64,000 nucleotides of DNA from Alphaproteobacteria bacterium. Lineage in GTDB: Bacteria > Pseudomonadota > Alphaproteobacteria > UBA828. The position numbers and the translations under genes were made by a program. The stretch's first letter is position 1; every line of letters starts with the position of its first letter. Of this stretch, positions 30,751-41,675 are shown piece after piece. The DNA lies in NCBI GenBank assembly GCA_965214705.1, contig CBDCCI010000002.1, positions 1,408,001 through 1,472,000 on the forward strand, given 5' to 3'. Below the pieces are notes generated by a model. The model had not been told where the DNA came from and made no database searches. It saw only the letters and a list, made by a program, of their open reading frames with translations.

Positions 30751-31589
30751 TCGCTCACGATGAGGTACATCATATAGTGGGTCGCCCGAAGGGGAGAACT
30801 AGGAGTAGCATCAGGTCGGGCGCGGCACCTGATCGATGCGCCGTCCTGGATGGCAAGGTGGGGCCGTATGGCGCTCATTCGTAACTGCTTGAGGCTGTTG
30901 AGATAATCGAGGCGTCGGGCGATGGTGCCGAGGCGGTACGATTCAGCGGGGATGGGCGGCAAGGCGATGCGGTCGTTTTGGCGGCCTGTGCGAACCACTA
31001 TGAGCACCATTGATGAGCGGGCTGGCTGCCAGAGCGTAGGCTCGAGCGACGGTCCGGGGGCATGGTGCTGATGATCACCATGCGATTTGCAGAGGCAAAT
31101 TGGCATCGGAGAGCTTCGGCGCGAGGCGAGAGAGTGGAGCGCAAGCGAAGGCGGAGCGGAGCGACGCATCGCCAGGCGCGAGGCGACCACGGTGGGGTGA
31201 TGCTGGCCATTCTGGCGATGGCGCGTAGTGCCGAGCGCTGGGTGGCGATGCCGTCCGCAGGACAGCGACCCGTGATCGGCGCATTGACCTTCAACTATAG
31301 GGAGAGGCTGCGAGCATTGGGCGACGGTGCGCAGCACCGAGCTGAAGCGTCCAACGTCACGACACTCGGGACTAGCGCGAACGACGAAGGCGCAAAGCAC
31401 CGGGTCATGAAGCGCGACACGGTTGCCGGGGGCGGCAGAAGATCGATCATGGGAGGGAGCGAAGCCGCGAAGCAGCGAGCGCGCTGTCGCGATGAAGGCG
31501 TCTGGCTTTGTAAGCTCGTCGGAGAAGTGGCGAACCCGACCGCCGGACTGCTGAACCGAGCCGCGACTGCGGCTACGCTAATGAGACGG

Positions 31590-33089
31590 TCAACCGGCGG
31601 CCAGGTGATGCGCAACGCGCAGTGCTTGTGCAGCGATGGTGAGAGAGGGGTTTACGGCAGCTGAACTCGGTAGAAAACTGGCATCAACGACGTACAGGTT
31701 TGGGTGGTCGAAACTCCTGCAAAAGGGATCGAGTGCCGCCTTCGCGGGATCGTTACCCATCCGAACAGTGCCGCACTGATGGGACGGTGCGCCGCTGTCG
31801 AAGGGCTTGGTGAGAATGAGCTGGTAACCCGCGCGGCGAAATATGCGGTGCATGCGATCGACGAGGAGCCCGTGGGCCTTCAGGTTAGTCGGCCGCCAGT
31901 CGAGGACGATGTGGCTGCCCTCCAGCAGGACGCGGCTTTCCGATGACGGCAGATCCTCGCTCATGAGATACCAATCGAGCGCTCGTCGACAGACCGGACG
32001 AAGCGCAAACTCGGGAGCCGGGAATGGAAGATTTGCCGCTAGTATTGGCGCGGAGACCTTGCCCAGGAGCTGGACATTGCCCAAGGGTACGCCTGCCTCA
32101 TCATCGGCGAGGTAGAAGTCGTTGATTGCCAACGTCTTGGCGTGAACCGTGTCGTAACTCTGGCGGACGTCGACAGCAATCATCGCCGTCGCGTTGTGAT
32201 TCATGAAGTAGCGCCCGACCAGGCCCGCGCTGTTGGCGACGCCACCCTGCCCGTTACGCCGGTCTGAGCGCAAGAGAATGACTGCCGAGTTGACGGCGCC
32301 AGCCGCGAGGATTGTCGTCCTAGGGCGTATACGGTGCTCGGTGTTGTTGCGACTATAGACGACGCCGGTGACGTTCTTGCCACGCGGATCGACCTCCAGT
32401 CGCTCGACCTTGGCCCCCGTCACAAGGCGCACGTTCGGGAACTCTAAAGCCCTCGCAAGCGGCCCGGTCTCCGCATCGATCTTCCCGCTGAACGTGTCCG
32501 GCACAGCGTCCCACGGCGTGGGGGCCCGCCTGAGCCACGCCTTGACGTCGACCGATAGCGGCAGCGGTGCGGGATGCAGACCCTGGCGACGAAGACGCTC
32601 GGCCGCGTCCTCTACTTGAGGTTCGTGGGGGACGGGTGGAAAGGGATAGTCCTCGGAGTGGTACGGCTCGGTCGGGTCGTCGCCAAGCTGGCCGCGCACG
32701 CTGAACAATTTCTCGGCCTGGCAATACCACGTCTCGAGTTCGTCGTAGCCGAACGGCCACGACTCCGTGGTCCCCTCCAGGTGGTCGTGCGCCTCGAAAT
32801 CCTCGGCGCGAAAGCGGTATAAGACGGCGCCGAAGAATTTGGAGTTGCCGCCCACATAGTAGTAGTTGCCCGGGTTGAACGGCCTCCCGTTGCCATCGAG
32901 CCAGGTCTCATCGGGACGAAACACGCCCCGTCTGAAGATCGCGGCGAGGTCGCGCGTCTCCGGCGTATCCCTCAGCCGTTCACCGCGTTCCAGAATCACG
33001 ATTTCGGCACCAGTGGGCGCGAGGCCAAAGGCCGTCGTCGCGCCGCCGATACCGGAACCGACAATGACGAAGTCCGGTAGGCCACCCAC
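31590..33089 (-). CDS. GMC-family FAD oxidoreductase
   Basis: GSGIGG, VGGNSKFFGA, LAAGAVNS, SHQCGTVRMG, AVNPSLT. Confidence 0.92.
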   Translation of the reverse strand: MGGLPDFVIVGSGIGGATTAFGLAPTGAEIVILERGERLRDTPETRDLAAIFRRGVFRPDETWLDGNGRPFNPGNYYYVGGNSKFFGAVLYRFRAEDFEAHDHLEGTTESWPFGYDELETWYCQAEKLFSVRGQLGDDPTEPYHSEDYPFPPVPHEPQVEDAAERLRRQGLHPAPLPLSVDVKAWLRRAPTPWDAVPDTFSGKIDAETGPLARALEFPNVRLVTGAKVERLEVDPRGKNVTGVVYSRNNTEHRIRPRTTILAAGAVNSAVILLRSDRRNGQGGVANSAGLVGRYFMNHNATAMIAVDVRQSYDTVHAKTLAINDFYLADDEAGVPLGNVQLLGKVSAPILAANLPFPAPEFALRPVCRRALDWYLMSEDLPSSESRVLLEGSHIVLDWRPTNLKAHGLLVDRMHRIFRRAGYQLILTKPFDSGAPSHQCGTVRMGNDPAKAALDPFCRSFDHPNLYVVDASFLPSSAAVNPSLTIAAQALRVAHHLAAG

Positions 33090-33128
33090 GGTCTGTCGCT
33101 CACGGTCTCGCCGTGGCTCGATCAGGTC

Positions 33129-34259
33129 CTACGCGACCGTCGGCCCGTCCACGCGCTCACCGCTGTCAACGTCGAACAGACAGGCATGCGCCATGTTGAA
33201 GTAGAGGCGGGTCGGCTCCGTCAGTGAGGCGGTAGTATTGGGTCTCAAGCGGCTGACGGTCTCCCTCTCACCCAGTTGGAGAACGCCCAGCGTGTCTGCG
33301 CCGGTCGGCTCGATCAGGTCCAGAATGCAGTCGGCGGCGACAAACAGTCCTTCGTCTGTCTCCCTGGGCTGCTCTTCGACAATGTGCTCAGGTCGAATGC
33401 CCAGGATCACGCCACGGCCGTTCAACGCCGGGTCGACACGCAGACCGCAGGTCAGCTTCAGAGGCTGCTCATTCTCCCGCGTCACGGCCAACTCCCAACC
33501 GCCGTCGGCCCCTCGGCCGAGCGTTGCAGGGATCAAGTTCATGGGTGGCGAGCCCATGAAGCCGGCGACGAAGACGTTCGCCGGGTTCGAATAGATTTCG
33601 TACGGGGTGCCTTGCTGCTGGATGATTCCGCTTTCAAGCACGCAGATCTGTGTGGCCATGGTCATCGCCTCGATCTGATCGTGAGTCACGTAGACGAATG
33701 TTGTCCCTGTTCTCTTGTGAATACGCTTGATTTCGCTACGCATCTGAACGCGAAGCTTGGCGTCCAAATTTGAAAGCGGCTCATCGAACAGGAAGACCTT
33801 CGGGTCGCGCACCAGCGCCCGGCCCATCGCCACCCGTTGGCGCTGACCACCGGAGAGCTGACTCGGCTTGCGGCCAAGCAGGTGACCAATCTCCAGGAGC
33901 TCGGCGACGCGTTCGACAGCCTTCCGACGCTCGGCCCTGCGCACGCCCCGCATCTCGAGACCGAAGCTGATGTTCCCGGCGACTGTCATAGTCGGGTAGA
34001 GCGCGTAGGACTGGAAGACCATGGCGATGTCGCGGTCCGCCGGCGCTAGGTCGTTCACGACCCTGTCGTCGATCTCGATCGTGCCTTCGGTGATGTCCTC
34101 AAGCCCTGCGATCATGTTGAGCAGGGTCGACTTTCCGCACCCCGACGGCCCTACAAGGACCAGAAACTCGCCGTCCCCGACCTCGATGTTGATGTCTTCG
34201 AGAACGCGAACGGTTCTATCGAAGGTCTTACCGACTTGCTTGATGCTGAGACTGCCCAT
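33129..34259 (-). CDS. Sugar ABC transporter ATPase (MalK/UgpC-like)
   Basis: [25 protein letters not shown]. Confidence 0.96.
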   Translation of the reverse strand: MGSLSIKQVGKTFDRTVRVLEDINIEVGDGEFLVLVGPSGCGKSTLLNMIAGLEDITEGTIEIDDRVVNDLAPADRDIAMVFQSYALYPTMTVAGNISFGLEMRGVRRAERRKAVERVAELLEIGHLLGRKPSQLSGGQRQRVAMGRALVRDPKVFLFDEPLSNLDAKLRVQMRSEIKRIHKRTGTTFVYVTHDQIEAMTMATQICVLESGIIQQQGTPYEIYSNPANVFVAGFMGSPPMNLIPATLGRGADGGWELAVTRENEQPLKLTCGLRVDPALNGRGVILGIRPEHIVEEQPRETDEGLFVAADCILDLIEPTGADTLGVLQLGERETVSRLRPNTTASLTEPTRLYFNMAHACLFDVDSGERVDGPTVA

Positions 34260-34309
34260 GATGTCGTCCTAGGGGCTCCGGCTCTCAGCGGATGTCATTT
34301 GCACGGTGT

Positions 34310-35182
34310 CTATCCCTTCACTGAGCCGCTCATGAGGCCGCGCACGAAGAAGCGGCCGGCAAAGATGTAGATGAGCAAGGTGGGAATGGCGGCGATGAAT
34401 GCGCCGGCAAAGTGCACATTGTATTCCTTCACACCAGTCGAGGTGTTGACGAGGTTGTTGAGGGCCACCGTCATCGGATAGCTGTCGAAATCAGCGAAGG
34501 AGACCCCGAACAGGAAATCGTTCCAAATGTTCGTGAATTGCCAGATCACGGAGACGATTATGATCGGGCCCGACGCTGGAAGCATGATCCGAAAGAAAAT
34601 TCTGAAGAGGCCAGCGCCGTCTACCTTGGCGGCCCTCACCAGTTCGTTGGGAAAGGCGATGTAGTAATTGCGGAAGAACAGCGTGGTGAACCCGATGCCA
34701 TAAATCGTGTGCACGAGAATGAGGCCCGGAATGGTGCCGGCCAGATGGAGAACACCGAGCACACGCGCCATGGGAATGAGCACGATCTGGTAAGGAATGA
34801 ACACGGCACCCAGAAACGCGAGAAACACCAGCTTGTGCCCGCGAAAGGTCCACTTGGTCAGCACGTATCCGTTGATGGCACCGAGCATCGTCGAAATCAC
34901 GACGGCGGGAACCACCATGAGAATGGTATTGACGAAGTAGGGGCGCAGTCCGGTGGGGTCGACGCCGACCCGCGCGGTGGACCAGGCCTTCACCCAAGGC
35001 TCGACGATCCACTCGTGCGGCAGGCTCATCATTCCGCCGGCCTGAATCTCGGCCAACGGTTTGACCGAGTTCACCAGCATGACATACATCGGGAGAAGGA
35101 ACAGAATCGCGAACACGATCAGCGTGAAATATAGAAAAGTGCGAAGAATACGCTCTTCAGGAGAGCGTCTCCTGCGATTCAT
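34310..35182 (-). CDS. Carbohydrate ABC permease
   Basis: Transmembrane helices; AAKVDGA; IWNDFL. Confidence 0.93.
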   Translation of the reverse strand: MNRRRRSPEERILRTFLYFTLIVFAILFLLPMYVMLVNSVKPLAEIQAGGMMSLPHEWIVEPWVKAWSTARVGVDPTGLRPYFVNTILMVVPAVVISTMLGAINGYVLTKWTFRGHKLVFLAFLGAVFIPYQIVLIPMARVLGVLHLAGTIPGLILVHTIYGIGFTTLFFRNYYIAFPNELVRAAKVDGAGLFRIFFRIMLPASGPIIIVSVIWQFTNIWNDFLFGVSFADFDSYPMTVALNNLVNTSTGVKEYNVHFAGAFIAAIPTLLIYIFAGRFFVRGLMSGSVKG

Positions 35183-36093
35183 TTCTTGCCCCCGCGCAAC
35201 TCCCAATAGATGTAGGGCACCACGAAAACTGCAATGAGTGCCAGCATGATGATGGCGCTAGAAGCGCCGATGGCCATCTGGTTGCGCGTGAAGGTGTACT
35301 GATACATGAAGACCGACGGCAACCAGGAGGAACGGCCGGGGCCCCCGCTCGTCATGACGACAATAAGGTCGTAGGTGCGAATGGACATATAGATCAGAAT
35401 GACCAGGACACTGATGAACGTATAGCCAAGCTGAGGAATAATGATGCGCGCGTAGAGCTGGAGCTTAGAAGCGCCGTCAACTCGCGCAGCCTTGAGAATT
35501 TCAGTATCGATTCCGCGCAGTCCGGCGAGGAACATGGCCATCACGAAGCCGGTCGTCTGCCAGATTGCGGCGATGGCGATGGTGTAGATCGCGAAATCGC
35601 GGTTCTTGATCCAGTCGAAGCTGAAGCTCGCCCAGCCGGCAGCATGCATGACGCTTTCGAGGCCGACGCCGGGGTCGAGAAACCATTTCCATGCCGTACC
35701 CGTCACGATGAAGGAGAGCGCCATCGGATACAGATAGATCGAGCGAAAAGTGCCCTCTGCCCGAATCTTCTGATCGATCAGGATGGCCAGGAGCAACCCG
35801 AGTGCACAACAGACAACGATGTAAAGGGCGCTGAAGAGCACGAGGTTGACGAGGGCGATGTCCCACGCCCGCAGCGAGAAGAGCGCTTCGTAGTTGCGGA
35901 AGCCGACACCGCCGTAGCTGGGCAGGATCTTCGAATCGGTAAACGAGATGACCAGGGTGAAGGCGATGAAGCCGTAAACCCCGGTGATGACCAGTAGGAC
36001 GCCGGGCGACAGAACAATCTGGGGCAGGCGGGCTTTCAGGATTGAGCGAACACGCATCTCAGCCGGCAGCCCCTTCGCCCGCGTAAGGTGCAA
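35179..36093 (-). CDS. Carbohydrate ABC permease (start may be 36057)
   Basis: Transmembrane helices; AARVDGAS. Confidence 0.93.
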   Translation of the reverse strand: MHLTRAKGLPAEMRVRSILKARLPQIVLSPGVLLVITGVYGFIAFTLVISFTDSKILPSYGGVGFRNYEALFSLRAWDIALVNLVLFSALYIVVCCALGLLLAILIDQKIRAEGTFRSIYLYPMALSFIVTGTAWKWFLDPGVGLESVMHAAGWASFSFDWIKNRDFAIYTIAIAAIWQTTGFVMAMFLAGLRGIDTEILKAARVDGASKLQLYARIIIPQLGYTFISVLVILIYMSIRTYDLIVVMTSGGPGRSSWLPSVFMYQYTFTRNQMAIGASSAIIMLALIAVFVVPYIYWELRGGKK

Positions 36094-36213
36094 GCATCGT
36101 GGGCGCTGCGGGTGACGTCAAGGGCGGATGCCACCCCGCAGCGGGCGGAAAAGCGGGTAAGCCGCTCGCACCGCAAGGAATTGCGGCGCGAGCGACCGGC
36201 CTGGTGGCCGTGA

Positions 36214-37464
36214 CTACAGCTTGGCTAGCGCCACCCCTTCCGCCATTTCTTCGACGGCCTCTTCTGCGTTCAACTCGCCGTTGAAGTAAGCGGTGACCGC
36301 GTCGGTAAAGGCGTTCTTCACAGCAGCCCTGTTGGTATGGCTCAGTCCTTGCGAACCCACGAGAGTGCCGTTTGCGTTTGCTTCCTTGAGATGGGCAATA
36401 CCCTTCTTGCCGCAGTCGTCGAATGCCTCGTCGGTGACGTCTATTCTGGCCGGCACAGAGCCCTTGACGATGTTGAAGGCGACCTGGAACTCAGGATCCA
36501 AGATGGCGGACGCCATCTTGGCCTGCGCCGACTGACGCTCCTCGCCGACGTCGAACATCGCGAACTGATCGGCGTTGAAGGTCACATGGCCCTGAGTGCC
36601 GGGCACACGGAAGCAGAGAAAGTCGTCTCCCGGCACCTTGCCCGCGTTGATGAACTCGCCCTTGGCCCAGTCGCCCATAATCTGGAAGGCAGCCTCGTCG
36701 TTGATGACCATGGCCGTCGCCAAGTTCCAGTCACGACCTGAGAAGTTCTCGTCCACGAGTTCGCGGAGCTGTCCCATGCGCCCCAACGCCTTCAGCATCG
36801 TATCGGAGCGGATCGCGTCTTCGTCAAGGTCGATGAAGACTTTCTTGTACCATTCTAGGCCGCCGGCCGAGAGGGCGACGGAATCGAACGTGGTGATGTC
36901 TTGCCAGTGTTGACCGCCATAGGCGACACCGACGAAGCCTGCGTCCTTCGCCTTCTGGGCGACCGCGATGAACTCCTCCCAGGTCTCCGGCGGCTCGGTC
37001 TGGCCGATCGCGTCGAACACACGCCTCGACGCCCAGACCCAGTTGGTGGAGTGCACGTTGACCGGCGCCGAAACCCACTTGCCGTCATGGGTCGCGAAGA
37101 ATTGAAGTGCCTCCGGAATGAGAGCTGTCCAGTTTTCGCTTTCGGCGACCTCGTTCAGGTTTCCGAGGGCTCCCTGCTCGGCCCACTCGAGAATGTCATA
37201 GCCAAGCATCTGCACGGCGGTCGGCGGATTGCCCGCCGTGACCCGCGCACGCACGGCCGTCATGGCCGCCTCGCCGCCACCGCCAGCAACGGGCATGTCA
37301 TTCCAGACGACTCCCTGCGCCTCCAGTTTTTCCTTGAGAACGGATACCGCGGCGGCCTCGCCGCCCGACGTCCACCAATGAAGCACTTCGACCTCGTCGG
37401 CTGCGGTGGCGGCAGCCGGAAGCGCCATCGTCGACATGGCTAGGATGCTGAGGAATCGTTTCAT
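36214..37464 (-). CDS. Sugar ABC substrate-binding protein (glucose/mannose-type)
   Basis: Signal peptide; [12 protein letters not shown]; MGDWAKGE. Confidence 0.93.
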   Translation of the reverse strand: MKRFLSILAMSTMALPAAATAADEVEVLHWWTSGGEAAAVSVLKEKLEAQGVVWNDMPVAGGGGEAAMTAVRARVTAGNPPTAVQMLGYDILEWAEQGALGNLNEVAESENWTALIPEALQFFATHDGKWVSAPVNVHSTNWVWASRRVFDAIGQTEPPETWEEFIAVAQKAKDAGFVGVAYGGQHWQDITTFDSVALSAGGLEWYKKVFIDLDEDAIRSDTMLKALGRMGQLRELVDENFSGRDWNLATAMVINDEAAFQIMGDWAKGEFINAGKVPGDDFLCFRVPGTQGHVTFNADQFAMFDVGEERQSAQAKMASAILDPEFQVAFNIVKGSVPARIDVTDEAFDDCGKKGIAHLKEANANGTLVGSQGLSHTNRAAVKNAFTDAVTAYFNGELNAEEAVEEMAEGVALAKL

Positions 37465-37670
37465 TTTGAGCTCCCTCGTTCGATCTCTGATGCCTGTGCC
37501 ACGATGATTTCCGCCGTGGCGCGTCAGGTATTATCGGGACCCGGGTTCAGCCCGCTCCCTATGAGGCGAGTTTGCGAGCCAGTTCGGAGAAACTCAATTT
37601 CGCAAGGCGTTGAAACATGGCGCAGTATTGCGTACTCTGTGCGACATAGCGCATAAAACTGAGGGTCTAC

Positions 37671-38462
37671 ATGGACGAGGCGACCCGTCGTGTGGCGACC
37701 GAGAACATCCGGAGGCTCGTCCGCGCGCGCGGTAACATCTCCCAGGTTTGTCGGCGCCTCGGCATCAACAGGCAACAGTTCAACAAGTATCTGACCGGCC
37801 AACATCTCCCCTCTCAGCGAAATCTGAACCAGATCTGTGCGTTCTTCGGCGTGAGCTTCGCCGATCTCATATCTCCGGACATGCAAGTTCCGGAAACGCT
37901 TCATCCGTCCGAGTACCTCCAAGGCTACAAAGCGTTCTCCTCTCTAGGGATGATCCAAGACGTGATCGGGAGGTCCGATCGGCGTCGGTTGCGCCAGTTC
38001 GAAGGCGTCTACGAGAAGTATCACTATTCGTCAATCTATAGGGGTGACATCGTTCGAGCGGTCACGCAAATCAGCCCCTACGAGGACATCTATGTCTACT
38101 CCAATCTTGAGCGTTTCCCAAACAAGGACGATCCAAAGAAGCACGACTACGTTTTCAAGTATCACGGCATTGTATTTTTTGTTGACGAGAGATTATTCAT
38201 GATGGACATTGAGAAAGTCCAAAAGAACGAACTTACCTTTTCTATTTACACCCCTATTGCCCGGAACCCGGTGAGGTTTTTTTTCGGCGTAACTTCGGGT
38301 GTTGCCTCTAATCTCTATCGCGAGCCTTATTCGTCGCGCTCTGTGCTGGACTTCCGAGGAGCCGTGCCGTCGACCAAGGACGCCTTGCGTCGAGCAACCG
38401 TTGTGACACCCGACGATCCGTCGATTCCGGCCGAAGCGCTGGAATACCTGAACAGCCGCTGA
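37671..38462 (+). CDS. XRE-family HTH regulator
   Basis: ISQVCRRLGINRQQFNKYL; divergent from the ABC operon. Confidence 0.88.
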   Translation: MDEATRRVATENIRRLVRARGNISQVCRRLGINRQQFNKYLTGQHLPSQRNLNQICAFFGVSFADLISPDMQVPETLHPSEYLQGYKAFSSLGMIQDVIGRSDRRRLRQFEGVYEKYHYSSIYRGDIVRAVTQISPYEDIYVYSNLERFPNKDDPKKHDYVFKYHGIVFFVDERLFMMDIEKVQKNELTFSIYTPIARNPVRFFFGVTSGVASNLYREPYSSRSVLDFRGAVPSTKDALRRATVVTPDDPSIPAEALEYLNSR

Positions 38463-38550
38463 GGAGAGGCGGCTGCCCGCGCGCAGTCGGGGCCGGCGGA
38501 CGTGGCGGTCGAAGGAAGGCCTGACGTTCGATCCCGGACTGCAGCAGTGA

Positions 38551-40353
38551 TCAGAAGTGCTGTTCCAATGCCCGGTTCATGGCGTAGTCCGCCTGCTCCT
38601 TCTCGTAGTAGGCGGGCGAGGGGAAATCCCACCAGCCGGGTGTGAACGGGCCGGCGGCATCGCGCGATGTCATGACCTCGACCAGGGCCGGCCCACCGCA
38701 GGCGAGTGCCGCTTCCAGCGCGGGCCTCAGGTCGTCGTCATCGTCGATACGCCAGCTCTCGACCCCAAATTGCTTCGCGAGGCCAGCGATGTCGGCGCTG
38801 TAGGGCTCGCCATTGCCGCTATGCTGGTTGAACTCCGAGCCGATGTGACGCCCCATGAACTTGCGCTGACCTCCCCGGATGGACATGTAACCGCTGTTGT
38901 TCTGCACCAGGATGACGACGGACAGATCATGCATCGCGGCGACACCGAGCTCCGGCGCCGACATCATGAAGTCGCCGTCGCCGACGATGGAGACCACCTG
39001 TCTGTCGGGGCATGCCAATTTGGCGCCAAGCGCAGCCGGTACTGCCCATCCCATCGGCGAGAACGAGCCGGAGGTGAGATGCGTGCGCGGATGATAGACC
39101 GGGAACGCCTGCTTGACGGCACCCTGGGTGTTACCCGAGCCGACGGTGACGATCCCTTCCCGGTCCATAACGTCGCGGAGGACTTTCAGGGGGCGTTGCG
39201 ACGTGAACGGTGCCTCCGTCGAATCCCGCCGCGGTGCGAGCATTGCCTCCCATTCGGCCTTGGCGCTCGCGATGTCCCCGAAAAAGGTCTCTCGGCTCGC
39301 GAGCGCCTTCGACGACTGAAGATCGGAAATCGATTGCACCATCGCCTCGAGCGTCACGCGGGCATCCGCGACGATGCCGACCTCCGTCGGATAATTCTTG
39401 CCGATCTCGTGATGATCGAGGTCGATGTGGATCAGCTTGCCAGGCGGAATGGAGAAGCTGGCACCCTTACGATAACTGGACGCGGACCAGTCAGTGAAGC
39501 GGCAACCCACCGACATCACGACATCGGCGCTCGCCGTGATGTTGTTGCCGCAGCTAGTTCCCGTCTGTCCTACCGCGCCGATACAAAGCTCGTGATCTTC
39601 GCGTATCGCGCCCTTGCCGTTCCACGTGAATGAAACGGCGGCACCAACCTTCTCGGCAAGTTCGGTAAGCACCTCGCAGGCTCCCGACAGAATGGCGCCG
39701 CCGCCGGCACAGATCACAGGACGTTTTGCTGAGAGCAAGAGCTCCACCGCCTTGTCGATCGCTCGAGGGTCAGGATAGCTCACACCGACCGCCATCCGCT
39801 TGTCGAGCGGGTGAATCGTGACATCGGCCGTCTCACACTGGAGGTCCATCGGCAACTCGACGTGAACGGGACCGGGACGACCCGACAGCATGGTGTTGAA
39901 GGCGCGGTGCATGACGAAGGGGATTTCATCGACGCGCATGGGCTTGTAGGAGCGCTTCGTCACCTGCTCGATGATGTGCGGGAACGAGTTTTCATTCTGC
40001 CGCTCCAGCTCCTGCATCACGCCGTGGCCCTTCATGTGCGTGGCTGGGCCACCGTTGATGTAGAACGCCGCCGTTGAGTCCGCGTAGCACGTGGCGAGTC
40101 CGATCACGGTGTTGGTCGCGCCCGGCCCGACCGATGTCGTGCACGCCATCGGCGTCCCGCTGGCTCTGAAGTGTCCGTCCGCCATGTGAATGGCGCTCTG
40201 TTCGTGCATCACCTGAATGAACGGAATCTCGCTTCCTTCTTGAAGGAATGCATCGAGCAGGCTCCAGTTTCCGTGTCCAGGAATGCCTGCGAGGTAAGTG
40301 ATTCCGTACTCCTTCAGCGCGCGAGCGACAATTTCGCCACCGGTTAACTTCAT
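38551..40353 (-). CDS. TPP-dependent enzyme (IolD/AHAS superfamily)
   Basis: IPGHGN, HEQ, GDGDFMM...NN. Confidence 0.9.
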   Translation of the reverse strand: MKLTGGEIVARALKEYGITYLAGIPGHGNWSLLDAFLQEGSEIPFIQVMHEQSAIHMADGHFRASGTPMACTTSVGPGATNTVIGLATCYADSTAAFYINGGPATHMKGHGVMQELERQNENSFPHIIEQVTKRSYKPMRVDEIPFVMHRAFNTMLSGRPGPVHVELPMDLQCETADVTIHPLDKRMAVGVSYPDPRAIDKAVELLLSAKRPVICAGGGAILSGACEVLTELAEKVGAAVSFTWNGKGAIREDHELCIGAVGQTGTSCGNNITASADVVMSVGCRFTDWSASSYRKGASFSIPPGKLIHIDLDHHEIGKNYPTEVGIVADARVTLEAMVQSISDLQSSKALASRETFFGDIASAKAEWEAMLAPRRDSTEAPFTSQRPLKVLRDVMDREGIVTVGSGNTQGAVKQAFPVYHPRTHLTSGSFSPMGWAVPAALGAKLACPDRQVVSIVGDGDFMMSAPELGVAAMHDLSVVILVQNNSGYMSIRGGQRKFMGRHIGSEFNQHSGNGEPYSADIAGLAKQFGVESWRIDDDDDLRPALEAALACGGPALVEVMTSRDAAGPFTPGWWDFPSPAYYEKEQADYAMNRALEQHF

Positions 40354-40769
40354 GATTTCCTCCGTGTGGCCTTGCGCAAGGCTCGAAGCCGCGAGGGCGA
40401 CGCCAAGACTGCGCCACACTCAGACAATGCCGATCCTGATTAAAGGTCCCCAAGACTGGGATGTTGGTCAATTTCGCATCGGCGAATTTCTTATGCGGAT
40501 TTACGCGAAAACCGCTAAAGTTCGCGTATGTTTCGGAAAACCTTCTTACCGACTTTGCGACCTGGCTTTCCCCAATGCCGTGTGCCGGCAATCGCGCATG
40601 CCGCGGACAACTTCTGTCCCGATGCTCCCAATTACGACGCACTATGGCGCGCTTTCTGCGCAAGAGAGCGTCAGAAAACAGGATTGTGCGAAATTGACCC
40701 AAGATCGTCTTAGGCGACACTCTACGACTGCGGTGGTCGTCGACCGCACCAGAAACGGGAGAACCCCGA

Positions 40770-41468
40770 ATGCCGTCGGATCGGAATGTATCGCGCGACT
40801 TGGCGTTCGCCGACAACCATCTATCGGCGAAGCTGTTCAGCGATGTAGACCGTTTGGACGCTGACGGTATCGTCGTCAACTTGTCTCCGCGAGCAATCCA
40901 TGTGGACGGCGACGTCCGAACGCTAATCCAACCATGGCGCTCCACAATCGTGCGAGGAAACCAAATCCTTGAGGCGGAGCGCATCGCGGTCCTACGCATC
41001 GAGAGGCTTGAGAACCTTGGCGGCGTCATGTTCCGTGGCTGGGACTGGTTCGGCGATCTATATGCCGGGTTTCCTAGGCAAACGCCCTTGTACATGTCGC
41101 CGGTCGACATGGTCGGTCACACCGAAGAGGATCCTCTGGCTTTCACGCGGGAGCGCGAGAGTCGCGAGGAGCTCCATCCGTTTGATGTCGCGCTGAAGTG
41201 CTGGTGGTCGCCCAACGAGACGGATTGCTTTATTCACAACGAGCATCCGTTCCTCGAAGTGCACACCCAGGTGCATGGTATGGGCCGCATGCAGAAATTC
41301 CGCGAACGCGATGCGTCCACACTCTACGAAGACGTTGTCATGGCGCCAGGCTTCACCCATGAGCCGTTCTGCACAGTGGCGGGTGAGAAGGAATGGGCCT
41401 ACCCTTGGCACCGCTACTACACGGACACGGAGAGCATCTGGCTCGCGATCGAATTGCACCCCGTGTGA
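40770..41468 (+). CDS. Hypothetical cupin-like protein
   Basis: IHNEHPFLEVH...HEPF...YPWH...WLAIE. Confidence 0.65.
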   Translation: MPSDRNVSRDLAFADNHLSAKLFSDVDRLDADGIVVNLSPRAIHVDGDVRTLIQPWRSTIVRGNQILEAERIAVLRIERLENLGGVMFRGWDWFGDLYAGFPRQTPLYMSPVDMVGHTEEDPLAFTRERESREELHPFDVALKCWWSPNETDCFIHNEHPFLEVHTQVHGMGRMQKFRERDASTLYEDVVMAPGFTHEPFCTVAGEKEWAYPWHRYYTDTESIWLAIELHPV

Positions 41469-41675
41469 TGCGTTGGCGCGTTGCCCAATCCGGTTCTGCC
41501 GCATGGACCATTGAGCCGCCCATTTCAATTGCTAGCAGACAACGACCCCAGCGCAAGAAGCCTTCTCAGACGCGGCGCGGGACCAAAGACTACCGTTTAG
41601 GAGAGTGGAAGAACGGAAGATCAGGGTGGCCCCGGTCTGACCACTCAGACTGCCCGACAGAGAGCGAGAATTCTC

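Noticed and set aside
30760-31589. ORFs between the candidate oriT and the GMC gene
   Set aside because: No recognisable motifs or consistent frame; probably decayed DNA
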